In this document: positions 50,917 to 64,000 of the stretch, piece after piece
Layout: every line of letters begins with the position of its first letter
How positions within the stretch are numbered: position 1 is the stretch's first letter
Source of the DNA: Podarcis pityusensis
Lineage: Eukaryota
Reading direction: 5' to 3' (one strand)
Assembly: GCA_964106645.2 (NCBI GenBank)
Contig: OZ067044.1
DNA: 64,000 nucleotides
Translations under genes and position numbers: made by a program
Notes under the pieces: model-generated
Database searches by the model: none
What the model saw: only the letters and a program-made list of their open reading frames with translations
Told to the model about the DNA's origin: nothing

Positions 50917-51268
50917 GGGACACAGATGGTGCTGTGGGTTAAACCACAGAGCCTAGTGCTTGCCGATCAGAAGGTTGGCGGTTCGAATCCCCATGATGGG
51001 ATGAGCTCTTGTTGCTCGGTCCCTGCTCCTGCCAACCTAGCAGTTTGAAAGCATGTCAAAGTGCAAGTAGATAAATAGGTACCGCTTTGGCGGGAAGGTA
51101 AATAGTGTTTCCGTGTGCTGCTCTGGTTCACCAGAAGCAGCTTCATCATGCTGGCCACATGACCCGGAAGCTGTACGCCGGCTCCCTCGGCCAATAAAGC
51201 GAGATGAGTGCCGCAACCCCAGAGTCATCCGCAACTGGACCTAATGGTCAGGGGTCCCTTTACCTTTA
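50917..51268 (+). mobile_element. Full-length Sauria SINE
   Basis: gggacac head, ccctttaccttta tail; TSD taatcattaagtg at 50905-50917 and 51267-51279. Confidence 0.97.
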
Positions 51269-53388
51269 ATCATTAAGTGAGGGGCAGAGTGTGCTTGCTA
51301 GGCAAAAAGGTGCTTCTGAAAGCACATAACTGAGGTCTTGTGTTGACTGTGGAGATATTTTTTCCAATATGTTTATTTAAACATTTGCATTCCACTTCTC
51401 TATGTGAACAACAAACAGATCCCTAAGCATCCAGATTCAGCAAACACTATCATACATTAAAAACAATTTTAAAATGAACTATCTTTTAAAAAAAAAATAA
51501 CTATAAAAGTATGAATAAATTGATAGCCCAAATTAAATACCCAAACATCTTTTGATCATCTTTCCAGAAATCATGCACTATCCATGTGCAGAACACATCT
51601 AGACATATTGAGCCTATTTGGATCTCTGAATCTTGGCTCTAGAAGAGTTATATTGTTCTTATGATGTTTAAGTTGATATATGAACTTTTCACCAAAGTAT
51701 CATTTTTAGAAAGATGATGCATTTACAGAATACAATGCAATATTGATGTTATCAGCCATGTCTTAAAACTTGTGATAGTCTGTACTTATATCATGATGAA
51801 ATACATTCAAATACCATACCTTTTCAAGGCAGCTTGGAAAAACAAAATATAATCTTAGCAATCCTCTGCCAAAATGGATTGAGAAGTGAATGTTAATAGG
51901 TGCTGCTTAATTCCGGGCTATCCAAAACAAGTTTTAAATCATTTGTTAAAGGTAAATTGGAGTTTTCGGTGTTCAAAAAATTGATCATGCAAATAAAGGC
52001 ACCGAAGCCTTTAAAGACAGCCTCTTTTGTGATCTCGACAAGAAATACTCTAACAGTCATAAATTCATCAGGGAGACTGCATCTCTAGCATAAGCTATTT
52101 GGTTTTTATAGGGAGCTCATTGTAGGCACATTGTTGGCCCATCAATTTTATTTGCTGTGAGTAAAGGAAAGTCTAAACAGAACAAACTAAAGGGAGACTG
52201 TGCTTCTGAAAACAGCCTTTACACTGTTTAAATGAAAACATTACTTTACTTCTTGTGGCACAAAACAAATAAAGAAGAACAAAAGTAAACCCAAGAGGGA
52301 CATCAAGAGATTTTAGAAGTGACCTCTATGGTGACATCTTTTATTTTCAAGGATCAACATATGGTACTTGAATACTTCATGGAATGCTAAGTGGAGGGAA
52401 AGGGAGATAGTATATACAGAGGAATGATAAGGAAATAACTCAAGCAAAATACTGACAGTTGTATATCTAGATGAAACCAATTAAAACGAGCATTCATCAC
52501 TTCGGTTACAAGAATGTGCAGTTTAGATTTAATGCTTGCAGAAGCCGCTGGTATTTCAACAGATAATAAACAAATCTAAAGGGTGAGCATAATTTTCTGT
52601 TTACATTTCAGCACCATGAACAATCACACATGTGATTCTCAATTAAAATTGTCCCACAAAACTATGCATACAGATTCAAACTCTCTCTCATCAAATAAAA
52701 CAGTCCAAATAAAAATGTTCTGTGCTGCATGATCACAAAAGCTTTCATGATAGTCAGGAAGTGTGAGTTAGGCAAAGTAAGAATACTTCATTGGCCTTCT
52801 TTTCACTGATGGATGAGAATGTAAACTTTGGAGGATCTTAATGTCTATGAAGGTTCATATGGCAGCAGCTGGCCCTTCAGCTACACAAGTTACAGGCTAT
52901 TTAGTGATTGGACCTTTCTAATAGTGACAGGAGACAGCACTGCAATAGTAATACAGCACTATATTAGTGAATGAACACTAGCATCCAGGACAAGATGACA
53001 GCCTTATGGGGTCAAATCATGTCATTGGTTCAGGAGCTCAGGCATATTATTTTTTATGTTGTTCATTGTCTTTCTGAGATGCTTCTCCTAATATAACTAT
53101 TATAAATGTGCTGAGGAAGGCATTGCTCCCCTGAGTCATAACATCCTCTCACAGCATCTTAATGGAAGATAACCTCAGCATAAACTTCTTTGGCAGATAA
53201 GGAATCATGTGTAATTATTTCCTCTAAACCTTCCCAGGCATATTTTGAGGACTGGGTTCAGAGCCTTGCCATTCAATTAAAAACCACAACTGGAGACTCT
53301 GGTAGGTTTGTAAATTTAATTGTAAACAATGAAGAACATCTAATTAACTCCATTCAGTTTTTGTGCAATAATGGCTACATACGTTAAA

Positions 53389-53533
53389 CTGGACAGTTAA
53401 CTCAGTTGGTTAGAGCCATGCCAAGGTTGAAGATTTGATTCCTATATGGGACAGCTGCATGTTTCTGCATTGCAGGGGATTGGACCAGATGATCCTCAGG
53501 GTCCCTTCCAACTCTACAATTCTATGATTCTAT
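53389..53533 (+). mobile_element. tRNA-head / CR1-tail SINE (POM/Squam2-like)
   Basis: Reverse complement of the 6969-7121 copy with a short deletion in the head. Confidence 0.9.
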
Positions 53534-53720
53534 CACTTTTACCTTTCTTTTACCTTTCCCCCCTCCTGAATACAGAATCTACTGTAAAATTGGGAACCCA
53601 CTGAAGCTAAAGCTGTCCAAAAGAGTGTTTTTCACTCAGGGGACTGAAAAGCTTATTCTTATTTCCAGAATATTGTCATTGTTATTATTTATATACTGCT
53701 TATCTACCCAAAGGCCGCCG

Positions 53721-53919
53721 AAGAGAAGAAGAAGAAGAGTTTGGATTTGATATTCCGCTTTATCACTACCTGAAGGAGTCTCAAAGCGGCTAACAATCTC
53801 CTTTCCCTTCCTCCCCCACAACAAACACTCTGTGAGGTGAGTGGGGCTGAGAGACTTCAAAGAAGTGTGACTAGCCCAAGGTCACCCAGCAGCTGCATGT
53901 GGAGGAGCAGGGAAGCGAA
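53721..53919 (-). mobile_element. Squam3-like (MIR/Ther1-derived) SINE, 5'-truncated
   Basis: (gaa)n tail, cccccacaacaaacactctgtgaggtgagtggggctgagaga, tgactagcccaaggtcacccagc core; cgaagag duplicated at both ends. Confidence 0.85.
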
Positions 53920-56599
53920 GAGGTGAGGAACTTATTTATATGACAGAAGAGGCAGTAAAAATATGACAAAATCCAATGAAGAATCAACCAAACAAACGTT
54001 ACAAGACATCAACACTGCAATATAGGAAGATACGAATAAAAGGAAGCCTCCCCAAGCATTTGTGGTGTTGTAAGAGATGCTGCTGCTTAGGCTTTTGCCA
54101 ACTGTGGCAGCTGCTTCATCTTGCCTCATGGGTGGGCCGGCCCTGGCTTTTAGAACAAGCATTTACCACACAAAAGTCCCACAATAGTTAGAAGTCCCAC
54201 TATGGTGACTTTACAAGGTCAAAATCAATGCAAGAATTATTCCTAAGGTTTATAGATGCTGAAGCAAGATATAGTGATATCAACACAACATAGTTTTGCT
54301 AGTATGGGAATGGAGTTAAATCTTCCCATTTGTTTGGCATACAGTGTTTATGTGATTGTTCAAAATGGCTGTATAACAATAGAAAAGCTGTTTCAAATTG
54401 GTTCATGGCCAAACCGAGCTACAACCCTATTTAAAAGTTCATAAACCAAAATGGCTTTCAGGGTCAAGTAGGCTTGACTTTTCCTAATCTTTTGGGTGAA
54501 TGATTAACTAAAGATCAATTCTGTTTCTTTGTTAGAAGCAGCTTGCTCACAAATGCTGCTTTCCCACAGCTATTTCTTCCATTTTCACCTTTCCTTACCT
54601 GGTTATTTTTGTGTTTTACATCACATGATGTAAAAGCCATTCCTGGAAATCTAGTGGGAGTCTGGTGTTCATTTTCACGTTAACTGCTTCCTGGGAGGGG
54701 GGAACGCTTTGCAACCCTGTTAACCCAGAAGAGCTTAGGGCAAAATTTGGGGTAGCATCCTGGCATACGGTTCCCTGCCCCTTAATTTTAGCAGAATATG
54801 CAAGTATATTGATCACGAAGCTACAATTTCATAATGACACTATGACAAAAGTGCCAGAATTATAATCAGGAAAACTAATGCAATAAGATCCAAGTCTGGA
54901 TGCACCCAGGAGGCTTTGATACACAATACTGTTATTCAAAAGTCAAATGCGGAATTCAGCATAGTACTAAGCAGATAACTCCATCAGCAGAAGGATTTCT
55001 GCTTGCCTGGTGGAAGAATCTGCTCTCTCCTCCCCCTACATGTTGTTCTAGAAGTTCTCCCACCCCAACCTCCTGAGTTAGAATAGCAAGAGGGTGCAAA
55101 AACAAGGGGGGGGGAAGCATTCCGAGTGCACTTTAAACCTTTTTACCATATGAAAACCCAAGGGGTATTATTTAATATGCTTGAATGTATGGTGCATTTT
55201 GTTACCATTCAGAACAGATGCCAAGGGTAGCAGGCCTGCTTAGCACAACATTGTGAAAAAGATTCTGTTACTTGGTTACCCAAGTTTATCATTCGAATGA
55301 GTCATGCTGCCATTTACAATGGTTCGAATATTTCTTGTAAAATGTATAAGAAGTAATTTGCTTGAAATTTCAAAGAAGCACACACTGATGTTCACAGAGA
55401 TTCAACAAACTACGCTGATGAAAGAAATCCTGTTTCCTTACATAAAAAGAACCCTATGGGAGAAAGAGAGGCAGTTTATTTACACAAAAATCAAAGCAAT
55501 TTTGGCATGCACTGAGGCTGAATATATAGCTCTTGGGGAACTAAAAAAGCGGACTCTGGATTTCTAGATGGAAAAAAATAAAGCAGAATAAGCATAAATT
55601 CATTTGACCAGCAGGCCTTTTAGAAAGTATATTTATATTAGTGTATGTGGATCAGGTCACCATTTTACAGGAATGAGTACTACCTGCTCTAGACATGGTT
55701 GCCTTCTCCCTTAAAAAAAACTTGGAAGCATTCCTACAGCTAGCTTTGTCTCTAGAGGTTCAAGTGGTCTCAATGGCTTGGTGTACTTTTGGCCAACTTT
55801 CTTGGTCCCTCATGTACCATGTGTCACTAGTAGTCATGTGAATATTATGGAAATTGTCAATGCTATTTTTCTGAAGACAGAGGTGCCAGAACTCACCATG
55901 AACACCTCCCTTGTTCTGTTATAATGGCAATGGCATCCACCTGAGAAGTGCCAGAACTGAATTTCGGTGTGTTCTGGCTGAAAAAAAGGCCCTGGATGTT
56001 GTAAATAGAAGGTGTTGGTGGGTGAATTGACCCTTTCTTCCTTCACCATGGTCTTCACAAAAATCCACAGTCCCTCAAAACTGCTATGAGCCTCAGGAGG
56101 GAAGTTTCTGTTGTCAACAATGGAAGCTTTCCTCCCAAGCAGTAGCAGCCAGTAGGAGGGGTGCAGGTGGGGCTGCTTTGCTGACCTGCCTCCCCAGTGC
56201 TGCACGTCACTGTTGCTTACCATAAGGGGGAGAGGAAAGGCAGCAGGAGCCTATCGTGGTCCTTGTCCAGAAGGAGCCAATCTGATGTTCGCTCACTGTG
56301 CCCACACTATGTCCACACCACACTGGCTTTCCACTGACTTACCCCTCTCCTTCTCCTTCTCAGGAAGTGGCAGCACTGCACAGCGCTGGCAAAGCAGGTC
56401 AGTTTACACAGACCCACTCACACTGCCCAACTGGCTGCTACTACTCCCAAGGCTAAGAACACTCGGTGTATGATATTTGACAGGAACATAGTGTAGGGGA
56501 CTATGTGCCACAGTCTTGATTGCCACCACTTCCCTCATGGTGCTTTGTAAGTTTGAGAAGGCTCACACATCTACAAGTTTAGCATTTTGTAAACTGCGA

Positions 56600-56945
56600 C
56601 TCAGCTGCCTTGCTCTCCTAAGAAACTCCATCTGTTCTCCCTCGCTTGCCCTGGAATAGCTCGAGGAGCCACCTTGCTTCACCTTCAAATCCTAGCTCAA
56701 AAACTGCCTTTTACAGCAAAGCCTTTGGCTTAACCTCTTCATCCTCATCTCCAGCTGAAGCAAAGCCTGAGCACACCAGACTGCACCTGCTCTTTTACAT
56801 CCCTGGTTCCAGCTGACTCTCCTTTCCTCACCATTTCTCTGTCCCCTTGTTGAAATAGAAATTGTAAGGTTTTGGGGGCTGGGACCTACCTTTATGAAAT
56901 TCTGATAAAAAGAACCATATAGACTGATGACACCATAATAATAAA
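56600..56945 (+). mobile_element. Ancient L2 3' remnant
   Basis: ccttcaaatcctagctcaaaaactgccttttacagcaaagcctttggc then attgtaagg...gggggctgggacc and ataataataa end. Confidence 0.55.
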
Positions 56946-57512
56946 AATTATTAATACTGGGCCTACTGAAAGGAGGAACACATTGCAGATGTGTCTTTGC
57001 TACTCTAATGGTGCACTCGCTCGTACACTCTGTTGGGTGTTTCTCTCTTTCTTACAGAGAGTTCGCCTGACAAGAAAAATATACCTTAAACTTGTTGTTC
57101 TGTAGCTCACAGGTGAAGATGAAATCAACTTGAAATATATAGAAGATGCTCTGAAAAGAAAACAATTTCACTAGCACAGGGAAGGGAAAGAATGTTAATA
57201 GTCCCTAGAAACATTTGGAACGATAAATAGAGGAGGAGAACAGATAAGGGTAGCTGGGAAAGTGTTTCTATTTTAGAAAAAAAAAGTTGCACATTCTTAT
57301 CAACCACCCACCACATACTATAATTTAAAAGTTGTTGACTACACAGTATTTCTTTTACAGGCTTAAAACACTGTTGTGTGTTGTCCCAAAATACCTTGAT
57401 TAGCAGTTGGCAGTTGAGCCAGGGGAGGGACCCCTGCATTTAGACAGGCAATTTACAAACTCCCCAAAGTCACTCCGAAGAGACAAGGACAAGAGGATTA
57501 ACAGAGCAATTT

Positions 57513-57579
57513 TGTCTACTCAGAAGTAGGTGCCACTGAGTTCGATGGATATCCAGGTAAGTGGATATAGGATTGCATC
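57513..57579. repeat. Family B palindromic repeat
   Basis: tgtctactcagaagtaggtgccactgagttc...ccaggtaagtggatataggattgca. Confidence 0.65.
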
Positions 57580-59273
57580 TTTAGCAAAAGAAAGGGAGGA
57601 TTAACCTTCAGGGGAAAAGGCTGTTGAAACAGTGAATGTGGTCTCCATCGCCACTGATCTCCTCCGCCCCTTTTAGGTTTTTGATACGGTGTGTCAAATT
57701 TAGCCATTTAGGTGGCAGGAGATTTCTCAAGACACTTGTGTCGTGCGTTCTGCCAGTGCACTTCAGTGAGAAAGTGACAGCTACAGCTGGAGAGAAGATG
57801 ATGGCTTAATATTGCGTGTGTGCAACAGACTTCACCTTCCCTAATTTGAAAACATATTGTATAAAAAGAAAAAGAAGGTGCACGCTTGTACTGTGTAGCT
57901 GCATCAGGCAACACCCATCCATCTGGACCCACACAATCTGATTTGATATAATTAAGAAAAGAAGATCTGGGGACATGCCTGCAAAATATGCACACAGTTA
58001 TTTTAGAATAGTGACTAAAAGACAGAGCTTAAAAATAGGGAGCTTCTCTGGCCAAATCTTGCCTCTGCAGCTAGAGATGGGCAAATCTGTCATTTTCTGT
58101 TTCTCTCCTCCCCCCCCCCAATTCTTAAATTCACTTCTTGCATCCCCACCCCCCACCCCCCACCCCCGTAGAAATAGAGCTTGCTGGAACAAGTGCAGAA
58201 AAGGGGAAGGAACATGAGCATGGAGTTGGATCAACTTCTCTACGAGAACAAGTTATAGCATTTGGGGCTTTTCAGTTTAAAAAGGCAAATAAAGGGGAAC
58301 GTTATTTGGCAGAATGAGTTTTTGGTGGAAGGAGAAGTTCAGCAGAATGGAAAGAGTGCTGCTTGCAACAGACACAGAGCAGGGCAGGAAATGAGTCCCT
58401 AACACACAGCCACACCCACACCCCAGTATCTCATGCAACTTTGTGAACGGAATGCTGCACTAGAGAGGGCTTTCAGCTGATCCACCAGGGCTCTTATTAT
58501 GTTCTTATTTGGGATTGTCCTGCCTCACTGCTCATGATTTTGGTTCTGCTTTTGAATATTAATTAAAAAGAGAAAGGCAGGAAGTGAGCTTTCCCACTCT
58601 CTCCATTTCTTTCTTTGTTTTGTCTGTCTGTCGTCTCTTTTGATTTGTCTGTTCATGTGCAGAATTTTAAGAAGTCATAATATATTATCACTGATTAGAC
58701 AAAGAAGTTGCAGTGAATGTAGGTCTGTTTGATCAAGCATCTGTACTTTGATCGCCTAGTTAAACATAAAAGAAATCTAGCCTACAATTTACATAACATC
58801 ATTATAAAAAAAAGACACAATCATTGGATGCAACTAAGGAACAAACATTGCCTCTTGTATGAATCTGGCATCTGAAGGTGGTATTAATGGATTATTTCCA
58901 CCCATGCATGACTTTCTTTAACCCCTTTGTCAATGGTCAGTTGTACCAGGAGCTTCCTTCTGCAATATTGCTCTTATTAAAGTACTGCCAAAGAAAGGGA
59001 CCAATGGGGCTTAGGGATGACAGAGAATTCAGATGAAAATGAAAAGGGTAGCAAAAATTGCTGTGGTTTGTATGTTTGTCTGTGGTCAGGATCAGGAACA
59101 GAAACAAGTCAAGTGGATATGATTGGTGTTCATTCACATTGTTGTGGTTTTTTAAAAAACTCCACAAATGATATGTAATTAATGACCTTTTTACATTGCT
59201 TTGATATTTCCTTTATATTGAAATGAGTATTATGTAACTTGCGTAAATAGTTATGTAATATATGTATGGATGT

Positions 59274-59443
59274 AAGGTAAAAGGTAAAGGTAAAGGACCC
59301 ATGGGCGGTTAAGTCCAAGCAAAGGCAACTGTGGGGTGCGGTGCTCATCTCAATTTTCAGGCTGAGGGAGTCAGCGTTTGTCCACAGACAGCTTTCCAGG
59401 TCATGTGGCCAGCATGACGAAACCGCTTCTGGTGCAATGGAAA
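59274..59443 (-). mobile_element. Sauria SINE, 3' half
   Basis: (aaaggt)n tail and gtttgtccacagacagctttccaggtcatgtggccagcatgac. Confidence 0.9.
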
Positions 59444-59814
59444 TGTTCTGTATGTAGCTTAAGCTAAATAATAGGGAGATAGTATTTGATGAACTACAGA
59501 CTGCAATGGAAATCACTGCCTTCTTACATCCTTAGAGGAGTCATATGCTGTGAACAATTTTTAAAAGATACCAGAGATATAAAATGAAGTAACTATGTCC
59601 TGGAGGTATCAGAAATTCATATTGGAAAAGTAAAGTTGCTGGATTTTTTTCCTGGCCTGGCCTGGCACCTTTAATAGTTATATGTCAAGCTGAAATTCAG
59701 CAGGTGTCTCCCTATGTTTGGAAAGCATCACCTCAGTTTTGGGCTGTCAAGCAGTGAGGAGAGCCCCCTCCCTCTTAGCTTCAGATTGGTCCCCTTGTCC
59801 TAGCTTGAATAGTT

Positions 59815-59980
59815 TTGGATTCACAACAATGGAGATTCTTGGGTGACTTTGGGCCCATCACAATCTCTTTGTCAAATCTGCCTCATAAGACTGTTGTTGT
59901 GAGGATAAAGGAAGGGGGAGAACCATGTATACCATACCAATCTCCTTGGATGAAGGGTGATATATAAATGTAATAAATGA
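59815..59980 (+). mobile_element. MIR/CORE SINE remnant
   Basis: gggtgactttgggcc...ctgcctcataagactgttgttgtgaggataaa...gatatataaatgtaataaat. Confidence 0.6.
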
Positions 59981-60029
59981 ATCAACAAACAGCCTTTGCA
60001 TTTACCTCTCTTGATATATCTCTGACAGC

Positions 60030-60300
60030 AAAAGGGGTTCAGTTGGTGAGCAAGAAGGGCCTTTTCTGTAGCAGCATCCTGGTTGTGGAATTCCTTCCAA
60101 AAGAAGATGAGACTAGCCCATCCCTGATGATGTTGGTAACCAATTGAAACATATTTATTCCACATAGCTTTTAAAATATATAAATAAAAGATTTCCTTTT
60201 GAATTTAAGGTTTTAGTTGTTGTTTTTAATTTGAGGGTAATTTTCTTGGTTTTGCTCTTATATGTAAACCTCTTTGAGCTAAGGCTGTTAACAAGCTATA
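60030..60300 (+). mobile_element. Decayed L2 3' end
   Basis: agaagggccttttctgtagcagcatcctggttgtggaattccttcc. Confidence 0.6.
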
Positions 60301-61240
60301 ATAATTTATAAAATATAAATAATACAAGCTGTCTTTCACTCGCGGTATTCCTTTTGCAGTCAGACAATGGCCTTTTACAGTGGAAACTCAAGGAATACAA
60401 AAGTGGAAACTCATTGATACAAAAGAATAAGAACACATTGAAATCTGGGATGGGAACAACCATTTGCCTACAATAAAACTTTTTCGAAATGACTAACATT
60501 TCATTTTCATGTATTTTCCCCACCACCTCCCCTTTTAGTTTTTACAAAGAGTTTTACAGGAAAGGTCCTAATGAAAATGCAATAAAGAAGAGGCCACTGC
60601 TATCTAAAAGATTTCATATGGGGCCAGCTTGCGAGATTAATGTACCCGCCTGCAGCTAATGCATTACTCTCACTAGCTTGCCAGAGATGAAACGTCATGT
60701 ACGGCAACTCGTATTTTATTGCTTTTAATTTGTATCCCATTTTTGGAGCGAACAGTGAATCAATGTCCCTACTTTAGGCCCTTATGGTTGTGATTCTTCA
60801 CTAGCATAGTTCCATCTTCAACAGACAAGCCCAATTACATCTCTGAGGGTGAAGGAATGGCTGCTGCAGGAAGGAGTGATGAAAGGTATGCCTTAATGTA
60901 AAGAAACCCCCAATTTCCTTGGCCTATTGTAAGTGGGCTTTTGACCCAGAATTTTGGGTACAGGTTACAGTGAAGGGGAAAGTCCCATTAACTGGTTTCA
61001 TCTTTCCACCTGGTAGTGTCTAAGGCAAAATGGCATCATAGCCATGATGACTGTGCATAAGTTAAATGAATGGCTACATGGTCAACCAGCATCGCTCTAG
61101 TGCTGTGAAGCAGGCCCCTATGTCCTGTTTGTCTAAGCTATGTCTGCCCTTCTGTATCCAGGCCTTTTGGGGTAAAAATGGTCCTTGTCTTTTGTCTGAC
61201 GGCCCCTACTTTGATGGAGATTGTGGATGCAGTGTGCTGG

Positions 61241-61314
61241 TATTAGTAGTAGTAGTAGTAGTAATTTAGATACTGCTCTTTACCCAAAGATCCCAGGGTG
61301 GTATGCAAGACCAA

Positions 61315-61347
<33 letters not shown>

Positions 61348-61460
61348 CCATAATTTGCATAGCATAATAATAAAAGACAATAAAAGAATCACGGGGGGGG
61401 GGGGTTATAATAGCAGGCTCCTCGCATTTAAAAGGCCATAGTTTGTTTAATGGTTGAAGG
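61241..61460 (-). mobile_element. L2 3'UTR remnant with (AGT)n and (CAA)n tracts
   Basis: cccaaagatcccagggtggt, catttaaaaggccatag; resembles the tail remnant at 30833-30940. Confidence 0.55.
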
Positions 61461-62689
61461 CCATTTTTGGAGTGAACAGTGAATCAGTGTGTTAATGTAT
61501 TAATGTATTAATGGGGGATGAAATTATTGGGGTCCATGAGTCTAGTGGTGCAGCAATAAAACTGCTAGCACCTTTGCAAAGGTAAGCAGAGTCTGGCATG
61601 GTTTCAAATTGGATGGGAAACAGTGTATTGTGATTCCTGCATTGGACTAGACACTCAGAGTATCTTCCAACTCTACAATTCTATGATTTTTTTAATTAGG
61701 AGGAGGCAAGGTGTAGAATGATTTCCACAAGGAAATGTTTCATCAACCCCTTAGCATTTTTCAGTGCCATTAGGATATTGGGAGCAAATGAGCTCCTGTC
61801 TTCCTTAACTCATGAGTTTTGGTGATGCCATTTACTATTTGGTTGGACAGGTGGTTTGTTGGCAAGATTTCGACTCAATTTTACAACCATCTTTACAGTA
61901 TGCTCTACAAAAGAAAATAACAGTGGATTAATTTTTTTACATTTATACTTCTCCTATAATGGAATTCAAGGCAGCATATGCAGAGTTCCCAAACAGCCAC
62001 CCTAATGCTCTAAACCTGCTTAGCTTCAGCACTATGGGGGCCTCAGACCATACCCCAGGACCCCATTTATTCTAATATGCAAATTACAAAGAGCTTCCAA
62101 ATGAAAACTGTCCAGGAGAAAGCTATAATACAGATAAGTAAGGAAGCTCCTCTTTTGTTCTAGTGTGGATTATTAATTTTCAGTAAGCTCTGAATTAGGA
62201 GTCGTTCCCCAGTGCCTTCCCTGCTATTTCTCAGAGTGATACTTATTAGGAAAGGCAATTTATCAGATGCTTTCAAAATCTGCTGCTCTTGGATTCTGTC
62301 TGAAGTAAGGATAATTTGTGAAAAGTACTGCATGGCTCCAACTCTAGGTATGCTGTGTGTATGTGCACACTGAATTGGTCCCACTGGTTGTATTTGAATT
62401 TATTCAGAATAGAACTCATCATTATTTCCTTTCTCTACAACATCGTTTCTGAGCCCAAAAAGTGTGACAATTGTTTCTTATGCTTAAGTGTGTGTGTGGT
62501 GTGTGTGGAATTCAGTTTTATAATTCTTATTCATGTATTTCCATTCCTGGAAATGAACCTTCGCAGTGGAAGTGAGAACTACTGGTAAATATTATGTGTA
62601 TATTTAGTTCCATCGGTAAATCTTATCTTGCAACATGAAATGAAATGTCTGCAACTCTGCAATAAGTATCATATGCCTTCACTGGCGCT

Positions 62690-62858
62690 CCTCTATCTAG
62701 CTCAGCATCATTTACAGTGTAGATTCTACATTAACTGGCAGCAGCTATCCAGGGTTTCAAGCAGAAGTTTCTCCCAGCCCTAGGTGGAGATGCTGGGGAC
62801 TGAACAAGAGACCTTCTGCATGCAAAGCAGATGTTCTGCCACTGAGCTATGGCCCTTC
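62690..62858 (-). mobile_element. tRNA-derived SINE, same family as 5084-5250
   Basis: atctagctcagc...actggcagcagctatccagggtttca...gaccttctgcatgcaaagcagatgttctgccactgagcta. Confidence 0.9.
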
Positions 62859-62919
62859 ACTACAAAGGTACAAGGCATGTTTTGTTGATTTATCAGTATT
62901 TTTTCTATTGTTATTACTA

Positions 62920-63290
62920 TGTTGTTGCTGCTGCTGCTGCTGCTGCCATTGCCCTCCCTTCACAATGATGCCCCCAGAGCAGGTTACAATAATTTAAAAA
63001 TAGAACAGTAAAACAGTAAAAGTGGGTTACTATCAAGAGAATGAGGTGTTTCCTAAAACATGTGTTTCCGATGTCAAAGGGCAGGCAGGGTAAAGCCATG
63101 TGTCTTCAGCATATGGTGAAAAGTACAAACCCAGCGAGTAAGCTGACTGCTGCACTTTGGGCTAGCTGAAGTTTCTGAGCCATCTTCAAAGGCAGCTCTC
63201 TGTACAGTGGGTTGCAATAATCCAGTCTGGAAATTAGCAGGTCTTGGAGTACAGTGGCCAAGTCTTCTATGTTCAAAAAAGGCCATAGCT
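62920..63290 (-). mobile_element. Internally deleted L2 fragment
   Basis: 3' tail (ccccagagcaggttacaa) plus ORF2 piece tctgagccatcttcaaaggcagc...tgcaataatccagtctgga (SRLDYCN.LY..LPLK on minus). Confidence 0.75.
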
Positions 63291-64000
63291 GATCAGTGCT
63301 GAGTTGAAGCCCTATTGAGATTGGCTGCAGTCTTCCTTTGCAGCACAGTTTGAGTTCAAGCCTTGCAAGAGGGTGAAAGGAGCCAAGGCCTTAAAAGCCC
63401 TCACTCTGGGGCCATTTTGCCCCACTCGTCAATCCTTGGGTTAGAGCTTCACTGAGCTGTTAGGGTTGCTGAGTGACAGGACCAAAAATGTTTTTTTCTT
63501 CTTCTTATCAGTCTTAATTGGTACCTTGGTTGGTGAGTTTTTTTGCCTTTCCGTCTGTGAACTTATGTCAGGCATTGACAAGCTTTCTAAACTGTGAGTG
63601 GAAATGGCACAGGGCAGGATCAGCATGGCAAAGAAGGGCTCCCTAAAAGGGGCCTGGGAGGAGAATTGGCCATGGCATGCCCAAAGTTCGGGTTGGGGAC
63701 TCTGTCTAGCTGAAGTCTCTTATTGTGGTTGCTCAGTTAAACCCTGGATGCTTGGCTTGCAGCACACCAGGGTTCAAAGTTGAGCTACTCCCAGGAAAGG
63801 GCTTAGGCAGTTCCCAATGATGACAAAATGTAATTATATCAGCAGGTGCTGAATGAAATGAGAAAAATGATCCTTGCCTCTTTGCCATGCCAACCCCACA
63901 TATGCTGCTCGCCAATAAAGATATGGCCTGATTATACCCATCACCTGGTCTTGGTTATTTCACCATTCTCGGGGGACCGCAAAATGCATGTGCTTGGACA

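Noticed and set aside
47600-57130. Strong plus-strand acceptors before 47631 and 57058
   Set aside because: All frames close quickly and no convincing paired donor.
1-64000. CRISPR array, operon or other prokaryotic/viral system
   Set aside because: No regularly spaced repeats with spacers and no gene-dense region; the content is vertebrate non-coding DNA.

Overview
Eukaryotic, AT-rich, CpG-depleted non-coding DNA from a squamate reptile, most likely a lacertid lizard, judged from its repeat families (Sauria SINEs, POM/Squam2-like and Squam3-like SINEs, BovB, CR1, L2, L1, hAT MITEs, solo LTRs). I can identify no host protein-coding gene, rRNA, tRNA gene, CpG island or CRISPR array. Every listed ORF that resembles a known protein is a decayed LINE fragment (CR1, L2). 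The window reads as a large intron or gene desert, with several repeat-free, motif-dense blocks that may be conserved enhancers. Best leads: (1) an LTR-like element at 26940-27727 that encodes a dense nested RNA fold with a candidate kissing loop and an ENE-like U-rich internal loop; (2) a 12-nt minus-strand candidate microexon at 41601-41612; (3) a ~525-bp mRNA-3'UTR-like insert inside a TSD-bounded hAT element; (4) a TSD-bounded BovB insertion with an inverted 5' segment; (5) a young solo LTR with a perfect 35-bp duplication. Family names come from recalled consensus motifs, not database searches. Boundaries without a target-site duplication (TSD) are approximate.
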